Under the pieces are notes generated by a model. That model did not search any database, was not told the DNA's origin, and saw only the letters and a program-made list of their open reading frames with translations. Below, in pieces: positions 9,760 to 20,700 of a stretch of DNA of 64,000 bases. The position numbers were made by a program, and so were the translations under genes. How positions within the stretch are numbered: the stretch's first letter is position 1; the number at the start of each line of letters is the position of its first letter. The stretch comes from Candidatus Hydrothermales bacterium (GTDB taxonomy: Bacteria; Hydrothermota; Hydrothermia; Hydrothermales; JAJRUZ01), in the NCBI GenBank assembly GCA_039630575.1, contig JBCNUW010000007.1, positions 7,604-71,603 on the forward strand. The letters are read 5' to 3'.

Positions 9760-10884
9760 TTAAAAAGAATATAAAATACTTATTATGGTAAAGAAATCAC
9801 TCTGATTTCCTGTTACAAAATAAGGACCATTATAGAAAATTTCAGGTGAAACTTCTGCATCAATTCTTAAATTCCCTCTTTTATAAGCTAAACCAAGTGA
9901 AACTGGAAGCAATCCTTGAGATGTCTCTGTAGTTTTACTTCTTTGATCCAAATATTCCTCCTTAGTAGTTAAAATAATGGCTTTTCTTGTTGATAGTCTT
10001 AATATGAACCATTTGCCGAGATCTGCTTCGAGACCTAAAACTGAATTTATTGAAAATTCACCCTCTTTTCCAAAATCTCCAAAATTATCTAAAAGATTTA
10101 AGACTTGAATACCTAAAATTAAACTTAAAACATCTACAGGTTGAATGTTAAAACCAGAGTTTAAAGTAAAACTCGAAAACTTAAGAGTAGTATCTACAGT
10201 GTTACCACCAACTCTTCTTTGAATTGATCTATCCGATGCTTGAAAATGAAATCCAATAACAAAACTTGTATACTCTGAAAGGGATCTTAAGTATCTCACA
10301 TCAAAGGATATATCTTGTGTTCCCTTTGCCTTTACTGTGTCCACAGGTTGCTGAAATTTGCGATCAAATGTTCTATTTCTAAAATTAAAAGCAACATCAA
10401 CAAAATGAGATTCTGAAAAACTAAAAGTAAACCCTGGATTAAATAAAAAAATTCTCGCATCTTCTTTATTTTTATAATCAGCAACCGTATCCTCTTCACT
10501 CATACTATAATTAGAAAAACCAACATTAAATCCAAGCGAAAACTTCTCTCCAAAATACTTTCCATAAGAAAACATTAAACCTCTTATTGTCTTATTAATA
10601 TAACTGTAAACTGGGATATTTAAATAAGCTCCAAAAACTCCGAGAGAATGATTTTCTCCAATACCAAAATAACCTTTTAAATAAGAATTGTCTGTTCCTA
10701 AAGTTCCAATATCAAAGGCTTCAAGAACAAACAGGCTCGGAAAAGATAAAATCTGGGAAGGATAAGTTAAAGCTAAAAGATCATCTTTTATAAAATCAAC
10801 AACTCCTCCCATAGTTCTAACTCTTGTCTCTGTTGCAATCAGAGGGCTCAATAGAAAGAATAGATTGATCACTATTTTCCTCAT
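9760..10884 (-). CDS. Putative outer-membrane beta-barrel protein (PorV/FadL-like N-terminal motif)
   Basis: 374 aa. Signal peptide MRKIVINLFFLLSPLIA. N-terminal RVRTMGGVVDFIKDD resembles the R..GMGG....DD motif of PorV/FadL-type barrels. Alternating hydrophobic strands run to the C-terminal ..IISILYSF. Strong GGAGG RBS. Confidence 0.45.
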   Translation of the reverse strand: MRKIVINLFFLLSPLIATETRVRTMGGVVDFIKDDLLALTYPSQILSFPSLFVLEAFDIGTLGTDNSYLKGYFGIGENHSLGVFGAYLNIPVYSYINKTIRGLMFSYGKYFGEKFSLGFNVGFSNYSMSEEDTVADYKNKEDARIFLFNPGFTFSFSESHFVDVAFNFRNRTFDRKFQQPVDTVKAKGTQDISFDVRYLRSLSEYTSFVIGFHFQASDRSIQRRVGGNTVDTTLKFSSFTLNSGFNIQPVDVLSLILGIQVLNLLDNFGDFGKEGEFSINSVLGLEADLGKWFILRLSTRKAIILTTKEEYLDQRSKTTETSQGLLPVSLGLAYKRGNLRIDAEVSPEIFYNGPYFVTGNQSDFFTIISILYSF

Positions 10885-10910
10885 ATTATTCCTCCTTTTA
10901 AATAATATTG

Positions 10911-10984
10911 TGGCCCCGGGTGGACTTGAACCACCGACCTTACGCTTATCAGGCGTATGCTCTAACCACCTGAGCTACGGGGCC
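10911..10984 (-). tRNA. tRNA-Ile (anticodon GAU)
   Basis: Reverse complement: GGCCCCG-TA-GCTC-AGGTGGTTA-GAGC-A-TACGC-CTGATAA-GCGTA-AGGTC-GGTGG-TTCAAGT-CCACC-CGGGGCC-A. This is a canonical 74-nt cloverleaf. No encoded CCA. Confidence 0.92.
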
Positions 10985-13281
10985 TAAAATTTTATAAATC
11001 TATACATTTTTTTATCAAGATTTATATAATAAACTCCAGCTTTCAAATTATTCAAATTTATTTTATTTTCGTCTCTACCATTAAGAAAACCCTCCCTTAG
11101 TCTACTTCCCATAACACTATAAATTGTATACTTTATAGGATTTTTTATGCTCTTTACCTCAAGAAAATTATGAATTAAGGATGGAACGAATAAAAAACTA
11201 ACTTCATCTCTCAGTTTTTCAGAAACTGCTGTCACTCCCATGAGATAAGCCCCTCTACCAAGTTCGTATATAACTACGTAACCATTATTTAGTGCATGTA
11301 TACCAACAGGATTATCTAGTGGAACAGAAACTGACTTTAAATTTCCATTTGGCATTACTTTGTAGTAAAGGATATATTCATTTAAAGCTGCATCAAAATA
11401 TAAGGCATATATAACTCCATCATAAGACGGCGAAAGACTTCTAAAATAAGAATTAGAATTAGGCCTTTTAATAGCTGTATCAATACGAGAATGCAAAATA
11501 TTGTAATACAAAACATGGTGTCCTGCCATATCATCAAAAAAAACATATGGTAAACCTTTTATGTAAAATAAATCACCTCCATTTGGAATATAAGCTAAAT
11601 TTATAAAGGGACCGCCTCCAAAACTACCTAAAAGTGTATCACCATTTTTAAGAACAAACACAGTATCAAACTCACCAGTAGCAGATTTTATCGGCACATT
11701 ATAACTTACAAACGAAGAACCACCATCTGTAGATTTTAAAATACCCCCATCATTCCATAAATAAAGCGTATTTACGTTAGAACCCATAAACATACCAGAA
11801 TAATCAGCAAGATTTGATGAGGTATTCCTTAAAGTAAAAGTAGAACCAGCATTGTTAGAGAAAAATAAAAGCCTCTCGTTAGGAGAAACAATTACACGTA
11901 AATTTCTGGTAAGAAGATATAAACTCCTTGCAGAAGAAATAAAATTTTCAACCAAGTTGTTACCAAAAAATATCAAATTACCCTTAAAAGGAAGCTCTGT
12001 TAATCCCTGATTAATAATATCAAAACTCCTATACACAACACCGCCCTCTGTAATTAAAAATAACGTATCTCTTCTTGAACTTACCTGCTCAGGACCAAAA
12101 AACATTATAGCTTTCAAACGATTCTTATATTTTGTCCAGTTTCTACCCCTATTTATGGTATAATAAATCCCATCATTTGAACCAACATAGAAAGTATCGT
12201 GTAAATTTGAAGCCCTGTAGATTGGTTCAAAAAAAGTTGGAATAAAAGTTGTATCTAAAATAGAGTAACTATAATTATTCCCAATAACTCTCCTTGCTTT
12301 GAAGATACCTCTATCAACTACAGAGGAAATTAAAAAAGAATCTTGATTAAAGGGAATAACATCAGGTATAAAAGCAGGATAATACTGAAAACTCGGAATT
12401 ATTTGAACTTGTGACCAAGTAGAACCTGAATTTGTCGTGTAAAAAACTCCTGATTCTGATGTAAAAAACAGTACGTTAGGACTAACAGGTGAAAACCTTA
12501 AAGATAAACAATTCCCAGATACGTTAGATATAATACTCATAATTGAAAAACCTGCCCCCGCATTAGTTGAATAAAGGAAATAATAATTACTACCACCATG
12601 ATAGGCTAAAATAGCAATTACATTTGAATTGAAAGGATAAACATCGATAAGATATCTATATGTATCAGAAGGAATATGCAACTCAAGGTCATTGACAAAA
12701 ACAAAGTTAGAACCTCCATCATATGATCTAAACAAAGAGTCACCAACTATCATATAACAAGTTTGTCCTACTGCATCTAAACCTCCTATCATTGCATTTA
12801 GATAGATAGTATCTAAAGTAGCAAAATTATCAGAAGTTATATAATAAGATAAAGAATCCCTCAAGAGAAGAAATTTATTGTTACCTGTCATAACCCCCAT
12901 TCTGCCAGGTGTAAAATAAAAACTTGAATAAGGAAGAGCAATCTCAAAGGTATCTCCAGTAAACAAATTCTCACATTTGTGGTATTCTACAAAAGAACGA
13001 ACAACAACTTTTTTAGGATTTATTTCAGAAGATATAAGATGAACGATAGTGCCACCTTGAGGTCCAATATAAGTAAGAGGATAGTTTGAATTTTTCTTTT
13101 GTCCTGTAAAAGTTTTTTCATAATTAAACTTTAGTTTTTTTTCAAAACCCTTAAAATTGAACAAATTTATATTGAAAAAGATTAAAAATAAAAATATCAC
13201 TTTTTTAAAATTTAGGTTAAATGTGGAATTGAACCTTTTTGTAATCTTTATTATAATAAAAGGGATGAAAATTTTCAACAC
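10984..13281 (-). CDS. Secreted BNR/Asp-box repeat (beta-propeller-like) protein with T9SS-type C-terminal sorting domain
   Basis: 765 aa. Several Asp-box-like motifs: TTNSGSTWSQV, TINRGRNWTKY, SYDGGSNFVFV, STDGGSSFVSY, SNNAGSTFTL. C-terminus is ..IYSVMGSRL..INLNNLKAGVYYINLDKKMYRFIKF. The start is uncertain: ATG 13281 would overlap the divergent cysS start, and GTG at 13200 (..KKVIFLFLIFF) is an alternative. Confidence 0.6.
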   Translation of the reverse strand: MLKIFIPFIIIKITKRFNSTFNLNFKKVIFLFLIFFNINLFNFKGFEKKLKFNYEKTFTGQKKNSNYPLTYIGPQGGTIVHLISSEINPKKVVVRSFVEYHKCENLFTGDTFEIALPYSSFYFTPGRMGVMTGNNKFLLLRDSLSYYITSDNFATLDTIYLNAMIGGLDAVGQTCYMIVGDSLFRSYDGGSNFVFVNDLELHIPSDTYRYLIDVYPFNSNVIAILAYHGGSNYYFLYSTNAGAGFSIMSIISNVSGNCLSLRFSPVSPNVLFFTSESGVFYTTNSGSTWSQVQIIPSFQYYPAFIPDVIPFNQDSFLISSVVDRGIFKARRVIGNNYSYSILDTTFIPTFFEPIYRASNLHDTFYVGSNDGIYYTINRGRNWTKYKNRLKAIMFFGPEQVSSRRDTLFLITEGGVVYRSFDIINQGLTELPFKGNLIFFGNNLVENFISSARSLYLLTRNLRVIVSPNERLLFFSNNAGSTFTLRNTSSNLADYSGMFMGSNVNTLYLWNDGGILKSTDGGSSFVSYNVPIKSATGEFDTVFVLKNGDTLLGSFGGGPFINLAYIPNGGDLFYIKGLPYVFFDDMAGHHVLYYNILHSRIDTAIKRPNSNSYFRSLSPSYDGVIYALYFDAALNEYILYYKVMPNGNLKSVSVPLDNPVGIHALNNGYVVIYELGRGAYLMGVTAVSEKLRDEVSFLFVPSLIHNFLEVKSIKNPIKYTIYSVMGSRLREGFLNGRDENKINLNNLKAGVYYINLDKKMYRFIKF

Positions 13282-14632
13282 GTTGACAAGAAAAATTGAA
13301 GAGCTAATTCCTTCTAAAGAGGGAGAAATATCTTTTTATTTCTGTGGAATGACAGTTCAAGATTCTCCACATTTAGGACACTTAAGAGCATTTCTTGCTG
13401 CTGATATTTTATTAAGATTCCTTGAATATAAGGGCTATGAAGTGAAATTTGTTTTAAACATAACAGATATTGACGACAAAATTATTCAAAAGGCTAATAA
13501 AGAAGGAAAAGACTACAGAGAAATTGCCGAAAGATATGAGAGAGAATTCTTTGAAATGAGTGAAAAGATGAATTTAAAAAGAGCTCGTATATACCCGAGA
13601 GCAACTCAGCATATATCTGAAATTTCAGAAATAATAAAAAAATTAATGGAGAATAAACTTGCCTATAACTCTAATGGAAATATATGGTATGATGTTTCAG
13701 AATTTGAAGATTATGGAAAACTCTCAGGTAAAACAATCGAAGAACTTGAAAGTGGAGCTAGAATAGAACCTGATGTTACAAAAAAGGATCCCCTTGATTT
13801 TTCTCTATGGAAAAAGAAAAAAGAAAATGAACCTTACTTTTATTCTCCTTTTGGAGAGGGAAGACCTGGATGGCACATTGAATGTTCTGCAATGAGCATG
13901 AAACATCTCGGAGAAACAATAGATATACATGGGGGAGGAGAAGACCTAATATTTCCTCACCATGAAAACGAAATTGCTCAAAGCGAAGGTGCAACAGGTA
14001 AACAGTTCGTTAGATACTGGTTTCATACAGGACTTTTAAGAATGAAAGGAGAAAAGATGAGTAAATCAACTGGCATATACTTCAGAGTTCTTGATGCCTT
14101 GGAAAAATATGAACCTGATGTAATAAGATACTTTTTATTAAAAGCACACTATAAATCTCCACTTGAGTATGACGAAAACTCTTTAAATGAAGCACAGAGT
14201 GCATGGAATAGAATAAAAAATGTAATATCACGTGGAGAAATGAGAGATATTCCAAAATTTTCACCAGATATAAGGAATTACATCAAGATGTTTGAATCCT
14301 ATATGGAAGAAGATTTAAACACCCCTAAAGTTTTTTCACTTCTTCATGAACTATCAACTCTTGCTAACAAATATTTTGAGGAAAAAAATGAAAGATTCCT
14401 TGAAATAAAAAACCTGTTAATATTTCTAACAAAAATACTTGGATTTAAATTAGATATAAAAAAGATTGAATCAAAAATTTTTGAAGATCTTATACAACTT
14501 ATCATTGAAGTAAGATCAACTCTAAGAAAAGAAAATAGATTTGATCTCTCTGACAAAATAAGAGAAAGACTAAAAAGTTTAGGAATTGAACTGTTTGATA
14601 AAAAAGAGGGAACCGATTATAGAATCATCTGA
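13265..14632 (+). CDS. cysS: Cysteine--tRNA ligase
   Basis: Class I signatures HLGH ([10 protein letters not shown]) and KMSKS. The N-terminus [14 protein letters not shown] is typical, so the ATG at 13265 is preferred over the ORF-track start at 13157. Confidence 0.92.
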   Translation: MKIFNTLTRKIEELIPSKEGEISFYFCGMTVQDSPHLGHLRAFLAADILLRFLEYKGYEVKFVLNITDIDDKIIQKANKEGKDYREIAERYEREFFEMSEKMNLKRARIYPRATQHISEISEIIKKLMENKLAYNSNGNIWYDVSEFEDYGKLSGKTIEELESGARIEPDVTKKDPLDFSLWKKKKENEPYFYSPFGEGRPGWHIECSAMSMKHLGETIDIHGGGEDLIFPHHENEIAQSEGATGKQFVRYWFHTGLLRMKGEKMSKSTGIYFRVLDALEKYEPDVIRYFLLKAHYKSPLEYDENSLNEAQSAWNRIKNVISRGEMRDIPKFSPDIRNYIKMFESYMEEDLNTPKVFSLLHELSTLANKYFEEKNERFLEIKNLLIFLTKILGFKLDIKKIESKIFEDLIQLIIEVRSTLRKENRFDLSDKIRERLKSLGIELFDKKEGTDYRII

Positions 14633-15542
14633 AGTTTTCTATTTTCTCTATGGTGGACTTGGAAATTCTATTTTAGCCTATCCTGCTATCTTCGCTCTAT
14701 CCGAAATTTACAAAACAAAAGTTTTTCTTCTCAGTAAATCTCAGGAAGATTTTATATTATCATCAGGTTTAAATGTAAAAACAGAGTTATCTTCTTCCTT
14801 CATTGAGGTTTTCAAAAAGCTCCATAACAAAAGAGTTTACGCATCAACCCACAGTCTTTATGCTCCCTACAAAAAACACCCCTTAATTTATCTTTTTTTA
14901 AAATCAAAAATCAGAGTAGGTTTAAAGGGGAAAAATTTTTTAAGGTTTTACAACATCACAGTTCCATTTTTAAAAAAAGAAAAGCAAGGGAACATCGAAC
15001 TTATAAAACCACTTATTACGAAGATAAAAGAATTTACCCCAAAAACACATCCAAAAGAAGAAGGCTTTTTTCTTCTTTTTCCTGGTAGCTCAAAAAAATT
15101 CGAAAATTTTAAAAGGTGGAAATTCTTTACAGAAATAGGTGAAAAATTAAAAGATAAATTTAATATACTTGCTGTTCTTGGGCCAGATGAAATTGAACTA
15201 AAAAAAATATTCGATGAAAAGAAAATAAAAGTTTTTATTTCGCACAATTTTAAAGATCTATTTAAGGTTTTTGAAAATTCCTTTTTTTACATAGGTAACG
15301 ATACAGCCCTTACTCACCTTGCAAGTTGGTTTGGACTTAAAGGAGTAGTAATATACACCTCAACTGACCCAGAAAAAAACGAGACAATTTACCACTCTAT
15401 AAAACTTACTCCCTCCCTTTTTTGTTTTCCTTGTTACAAATTTCTTAAAACTAAATGCATCAATAAAAAAAAGTATAAATGCACCTATTCAGTTGAACCT
15501 GAAATAGTTTTAAAAACTTTAAAAGAAACTCTAAATTTTTGA
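14586..15542 (+). CDS. Glycosyltransferase family 9 (heptosyltransferase-like)
   Basis: 318 aa. GGLGNSILAYPAI near the N-terminus and YIGNDTALTHLASWFGLKGVVIY are typical GT9 motifs. The ORF-track start (TTG 14586) overlaps cysS by 47 nt. The true start may be further downstream. Confidence 0.6.
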   Translation: MNCLIKKREPIIESSEVFYFLYGGLGNSILAYPAIFALSEIYKTKVFLLSKSQEDFILSSGLNVKTELSSSFIEVFKKLHNKRVYASTHSLYAPYKKHPLIYLFLKSKIRVGLKGKNFLRFYNITVPFLKKEKQGNIELIKPLITKIKEFTPKTHPKEEGFFLLFPGSSKKFENFKRWKFFTEIGEKLKDKFNILAVLGPDEIELKKIFDEKKIKVFISHNFKDLFKVFENSFFYIGNDTALTHLASWFGLKGVVIYTSTDPEKNETIYHSIKLTPSLFCFPCYKFLKTKCINKKKYKCTYSVEPEIVLKTLKETLNF

Positions 15543-15572
15543 CTTAAAAAGATTACTCAATTATAATAAACT

Positions 15573-16409
15573 ATGTTGGTTTTACTTTTAATCTCTATCT
15601 ATGCTACAGAGTTCCTAAAAGAAATACCTGATGCAAGAGGAATTTCACTTGCTTTTTCCGATATATCAGAAAATAATCTAAACTTTTCATCCATAAACCC
15701 TTCATCTTTACCTGATTTTGTATCTGTAAATTTTGGAACAAAAGATTTTGCCCTATTAGCAAAATATTACCTCTTTGGTTTTTCGTTGCCAATCAAAAAA
15801 TTAAAAACAGGGATTTTATGGATAAGAGCTCAAGTTGATGAAGTACCTCTATATCCGGAACTTCCCGAGGGAGACACAATACCTAAAAATAAACAAGGTG
15901 AATTTTCAAATGTTGAAGAAGCTCTTCTTTTACCTTTCAAGATAAGTAATTTTCCCTTTGCCTTTCAGTTCAAATTAATAAGCAAAAGATTTAAAGATTT
16001 AAAGGGGAAAGGTATAGGTTTTGATTTGGGTTTTAAAAGGGATTTTAATTTTAAATATTTTAAGACTTATATAGGACTCTCACTACTTGACATTTCGGAA
16101 ACTAAAATTTCTTATAACAAAAATGGCATAGATAAGGAAAGAGTAAAAATTATCTCTTTTACAACATTTAAGAAAAAATTTAAACCTTTAACTCTTTCTA
16201 CATCCTTTAAATTCAGATACGACGTGGAGCTTACATATTCAGCAGGATTAGAAATTAAGATAAAAGAAATTTTCTCAATACTATCAGGCTTTGAGCAGGA
16301 ACCAAGATTTGGAGCAGGATTGAATTTTGAAAATTTCAGCTTATTTTATTCCCTCAGATTGCATGAACTTGGAATTATTCAAGCAGTAAGTCTTTCAATA
16401 AAGAAATGA
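15573..16409 (+). CDS. Putative small outer-membrane beta-barrel, PorV/PorQ-like (tentative)
   Basis: 278 aa. Hydrophobic N-terminus, then IPDARGISLAFSDIS, which resembles the N-terminal motif of PorV/PorQ/FadL-like barrels. GIGFDLGF and amphipathic strands run to the end (RFGAGLNFENFSLFYSLRL..IIQAVSLSIKK). It sits 2 genes upstream of a C25 peptidase. Confidence 0.35.
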   Translation: MLVLLLISIYATEFLKEIPDARGISLAFSDISENNLNFSSINPSSLPDFVSVNFGTKDFALLAKYYLFGFSLPIKKLKTGILWIRAQVDEVPLYPELPEGDTIPKNKQGEFSNVEEALLLPFKISNFPFAFQFKLISKRFKDLKGKGIGFDLGFKRDFNFKYFKTYIGLSLLDISETKISYNKNGIDKERVKIISFTTFKKKFKPLTLSTSFKFRYDVELTYSAGLEIKIKEIFSILSGFEQEPRFGAGLNFENFSLFYSLRLHELGIIQAVSLSIKK

Positions 16410-17710
16410 TATTTTTTATCTTCTTAACATTTTCACAAGATTCACTTTTATATTCACCAAATGTAAGAGGCTTCTTTTACCTTACAGAAAGTAAGAGAAT
16501 TAGTATAGCTGAGAAAAAAAATTGGACTTTCATCGTTTTAACGTGCTATCCTCACTATCTTAACTCAGACATTTATTACATTTTTAGATCACCAACAACT
16601 TCATTTACAGATACACCAATTAAAATTCTTGAAGATCCACCTGCAAGTAGACCACCTTACGATGGTTCACCTTCCCTTGTTATCGACTCTTCAAGTAATT
16701 TTAAAATTCATATTTTTTGGAATTCAGAAAGAAGTATGAGCGGTTATCCTTTCTGGTGGCAAACTGAAATCTTTTACACCTACTCAGTTGGAACCTATAT
16801 AAATTTTCCAGCAATTGAAAATGTCTCGAAGGATACAAATTCTTTTGATTTATTCCCAAGTGCAACCTGTGACCTTTCAAACAAAATATACGTTGTTTAT
16901 TGGAAAATATTCATGGATAAAGAAAGTATATATTTGGCAGAAAGAGATAACTTTGGAAACTGGCATAACAGAAAAATCACAGAAGATGAGGAAATTGCTG
17001 AAAATCCACTTATAACAACTCTTGATAACAATGATAAATTAATTTTTTACTATGAAGTTTTAAGTCAAAAACTATACGCAAGAAAATTAAAAGATAACTA
17101 TATATCTGAACCTTTTGAAATTTCTAAAGGCCATGATTATGCTGTAACTTTCAAAAATAATGAAATATACTTTTTATACATAAACAAAGACTCCTTATAT
17201 CTGAAAATTTTAGACTATAACCTCATATCGAAAAGGAAAGTACATCTTGATTTTGGACAAGGACTTTTTATTAAAAATCCATCTTTAATCTTTCTAAAAG
17301 ATACTCTTTATATATTCTACGTAAAAGGCAATAACACTCACTCTGACATATTCTCAATAACCTTTAAGGGAAACATATTAAAAAAAGAAATCTTTGTAAG
17401 TTCAGTAGGTAAAAACGAAAATCCAATTCCACTTATAACCTCTGAAGGTGAATTCTTTGTGTTCTTTCAAAGTGATAGAAGAAAATATCTCGAGGAAAAT
17501 ATAAGGGAGTTTAATCATATATATTTCAAAAAAAGATACTTTCAAAATGTTACAAAAAAGAAAAATTACATAACTTTTCTCTTACCAAAAGATTTAGAAA
17601 AAAAAGTAATCTTTGATCTAAGTGGAAGAAAAACAAAATCAACATCAAAAAAAGGAATTTTTTTTATTAAAGATAAAAACGGAGAAACTCTAAAATGTAT
17701 CTCATTTTAA
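16406..17710 (+). CDS. Hypothetical secreted protein, repeat/propeller-like, with short T9SS-like C-terminal domain
   Basis: 434 aa. No recognised catalytic motif. Repetitive beta-rich segments: IYVVYWK, LIFYYEV, IYFLYIN, LYIFYVK, FFVFFQSDR. C-terminus is ITFLLPKDLEKKVIFDLSGRKT..KKGIFFIKDKNGETLKCISF. ATGA overlap with the upstream gene. Confidence 0.45.
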   Translation: MIFFIFLTFSQDSLLYSPNVRGFFYLTESKRISIAEKKNWTFIVLTCYPHYLNSDIYYIFRSPTTSFTDTPIKILEDPPASRPPYDGSPSLVIDSSSNFKIHIFWNSERSMSGYPFWWQTEIFYTYSVGTYINFPAIENVSKDTNSFDLFPSATCDLSNKIYVVYWKIFMDKESIYLAERDNFGNWHNRKITEDEEIAENPLITTLDNNDKLIFYYEVLSQKLYARKLKDNYISEPFEISKGHDYAVTFKNNEIYFLYINKDSLYLKILDYNLISKRKVHLDFGQGLFIKNPSLIFLKDTLYIFYVKGNNTHSDIFSITFKGNILKKEIFVSSVGKNENPIPLITSEGEFFVFFQSDRRKYLEENIREFNHIYFKKRYFQNVTKKKNYITFLLPKDLEKKVIFDLSGRKTKSTSKKGIFFIKDKNGETLKCISF

Positions 17711-20700
17711 CTCTTTTTTTTCACATAGGTATTTTTCTGATAGATGATGAAATAAAAAATAACATAAAAATATTAAAAGAAGGCTATTTTGGACCCTATA
17801 AAATAGCACTTGGAGAATTAAAGGGAAAATTAAACTCAAACAGAAAAGAAAGTAAAGTACTTGATTTTCATGGAAACATACTTAAAAAAATTGCTTTAAA
17901 TTTTTCTCAGATAGAAAAAGCAAAAACAACAAATCTTTTAAATTTCTTAGAAAATGATACACCAATAAGTATTCCAAAAGAAGTTATACTAATTTACACA
18001 AAAAAGGAAGGACTTTATTCAATTAAAGGTTATATGCTTTCCTCAAGGGGTATAAGAATTGACACGATAAATGTAGATTATATTACTCTTCTTGGAAGAG
18101 AAGGAAAAATCCCTATTATTACAAAGGGATTAAAAGATGGAAAATTTGATCCTTTAGATGAAATAATTTTTTACGCAAGAAAATTAAAGGGTAATAATTC
18201 TTATTTCGATCTTTACTCATTTGAAAATACTTATATTCTTTATTTTAACAGAAATTTAAAAATAGAACTTCCTGAAGAAAATTCTAAACCAGATGAAAGT
18301 TTAAGTGTATTTAAAAAGGGATATTTTAATTTCCATTTTGAGGAGGATATATACTTTCCAGACCTTGATCCTGCACATTCTGATACTGAAAACATTTGGT
18401 TTTGGAAATACCTAAAAGAAAACGAATTAGAAACATTAAAGGTAAGTATACCACTTGCTATTGACTCAAACAATTATAAGTTAAGATTAAACTTTGATAC
18501 AGAAGAAATAACTGGACGAGAACCTTTTCATAAAATAGAACTTAAAATAGGTGAACAATTTATCGACTCTTTCTTTTATACACAAAGAGAACCTTATACA
18601 ATTGAAAAGGATATAAGAGGACACATTTTAAACTCTGATTCCCTGATCTTTATAAGAGAAAAATCTAAAATACCAAACTATTTAAATTACATAGAAATAG
18701 AAGGTGAATTTTTATTAAATGCAAAAAAATTAAAAAGTTTAAAATTTACTTTAGAAGAAATTGACGGTAACATTGAAATAAGTGGATTCACTGAAAAACC
18801 TCTATATTTTATAAACATAAATCAAAAAAATTATACAAACTTCGAAATAAAAAACTACTTAGAAGCTGGTAAAACTTATTACTCAATAAAAGCAAGACTG
18901 AAGGAAAGCTTCTTAAGTGAGTATTACGTAACAACAGAAATCTTTAGTCCTGAATCAATTGTTCTTTACCGAATGGAGAAAGACATAAAAAGAGAAAGGG
19001 GAGCCAATTTAGTTATAATATACCATCCTGACTTTAAAGAATTTGCAGAATCCCTTGCAATATACCGTTCCTCTCCTAAAGGAGGTTCCTTTAATGTTAA
19101 AACTTTCTCAATCAAAGACATTTATGTTCAGTTTAATTATGGGACAAAAAGTCCACATTCCATAAGAAAATTTTTAAAATACTTTTTCATTAAAAAGGAA
19201 CCAAAATTAAACTATCTAATTTTGGTAGGTGATGCAAGCAAAGATCCAAGAAACATATTTAAAAACAGTATAGAGGATAAAATTCCCACATTTTTATTTC
19301 CCTCAACCTTCAGACAATTTGAAACACAGGCAATATTTACAGGATTCTTTTCCTCAGACTTTTACTATTCAAACATAATTGGAAATGATCCCTTTCCTGA
19401 CATTGTAGTCTCGAGAATACCACTTCAAAGTAAAAATGAAGCAAGAATTTATTTCAGAAAGATAAAGGAATATTCAGAGGAAACTTTCGGAGTATGGAGG
19501 AGACATTTTATTTTGGGAACAGAAAGAAAAACCGGACATCTTTCCGATGTATACACTCAAATAAATAACTTACTAAAATCTATGATGAAAAAAGGGATGA
19601 CTTACGTTGAACCAGATGAGAATGAAACACCCGAAAACCTTATATCTTATCTATCAGATGGATGTGCTATCTTTAACTTCATTGGTCACGGTGGACTTCA
19701 CTCAATATGGGGAAAAGCAGCTTTTAGACAGGAAGATCTTTGGGAAACCAGAAACTATAAAAAGTACTACTTTTTTACAGCCCTTTCATGTTGGACCGGT
19801 GAATTTGGAATGGTTGATTCAAGAGGATTTGGAGAGGAAGTGCTTTTAATTCCTGACAGAGGAGCAATAGCCTCAATCTCCCTCTCAGGAAGTGGAAAAG
19901 TTCCAGGAAATGTAAATTTTGATATAAGTAGTGACTATACAAAATCTATTTTTATAGGATACTTAAGAGATAGTATAAACAGAATTGGTGACCTTGTACT
20001 TTATTCAAGGATGTATATCCTTTCAAGATATACCACTTTAGATGAATTCACAGAAACAACTCTAAAAACATCAAATCTTTTAGGTGATCCCCTAATTCTA
20101 TTACCTGAACTGCATGAAGTCAAACTGAAATCAAATAAAAATTATTATAGTCCATCTGAAAGTGCGACAGTTTACGTACAAAATCCAGAGGTAATATCCG
20201 GAATTTCAACTTGGGAAGTTATATACCAAAATCTAAATGACGATATTATTCATAAGGATCTATACACAAATTTTTTTGAAAATTCAAATGTTAAGATAAA
20301 GTTCAAAATACCTGATAATATAACAAGAGCAAAAGTCACTGTTAATCTTTATGCCTATGATATTAATTTAAAAAAGGAAATTATATCAAATCATAAATTC
20401 AGTATTAATTTGCTTAATATTGATGAAATAAACTTTAAACCTGATATCTATTCCGATGATACCTTTAGAGTCTATTCTGTTTTAAGCGCACCCTATTCGC
20501 TTAAAAACTGCGAGTTATGGTACACCTTTAACGATACAACTGTTCCTTATAACTTAACAAGAGTGAATATGGTTAAGATAGGACCTAACAGCTTTAAAAC
20601 CGATATTACTTTACCTCCATTTAATTACGAACCAGGTAAAAGATACTTTCATTATGCTCTTATAGCCGTAGATACATTTTTTAATAGCCATTTTTCCGAT

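Noticed and set aside
13157-13264. 36-codon upstream extension of cysS. Also the gcvH extension 56962-57036 and the rpsA extension 51804-51827.
   Set aside because: The conserved N-termini begin at the internal ATGs. For gcvH and rpsA a GGAGG RBS lies inside the proposed extension. The extensions are hydrophobic or AT-rich nonsense.
13200-13281. An apparent 17-nt head-to-head overlap of the BNR gene (ATG 13281) with cysS (ATG 13265).
   Set aside because: This is probably an artefact of choosing the longest ORF. An in-frame GTG at 13200 precedes a signal-peptide-like segment (VIFLFLIFFNINLF). It would leave a normal 64-nt divergent promoter region.
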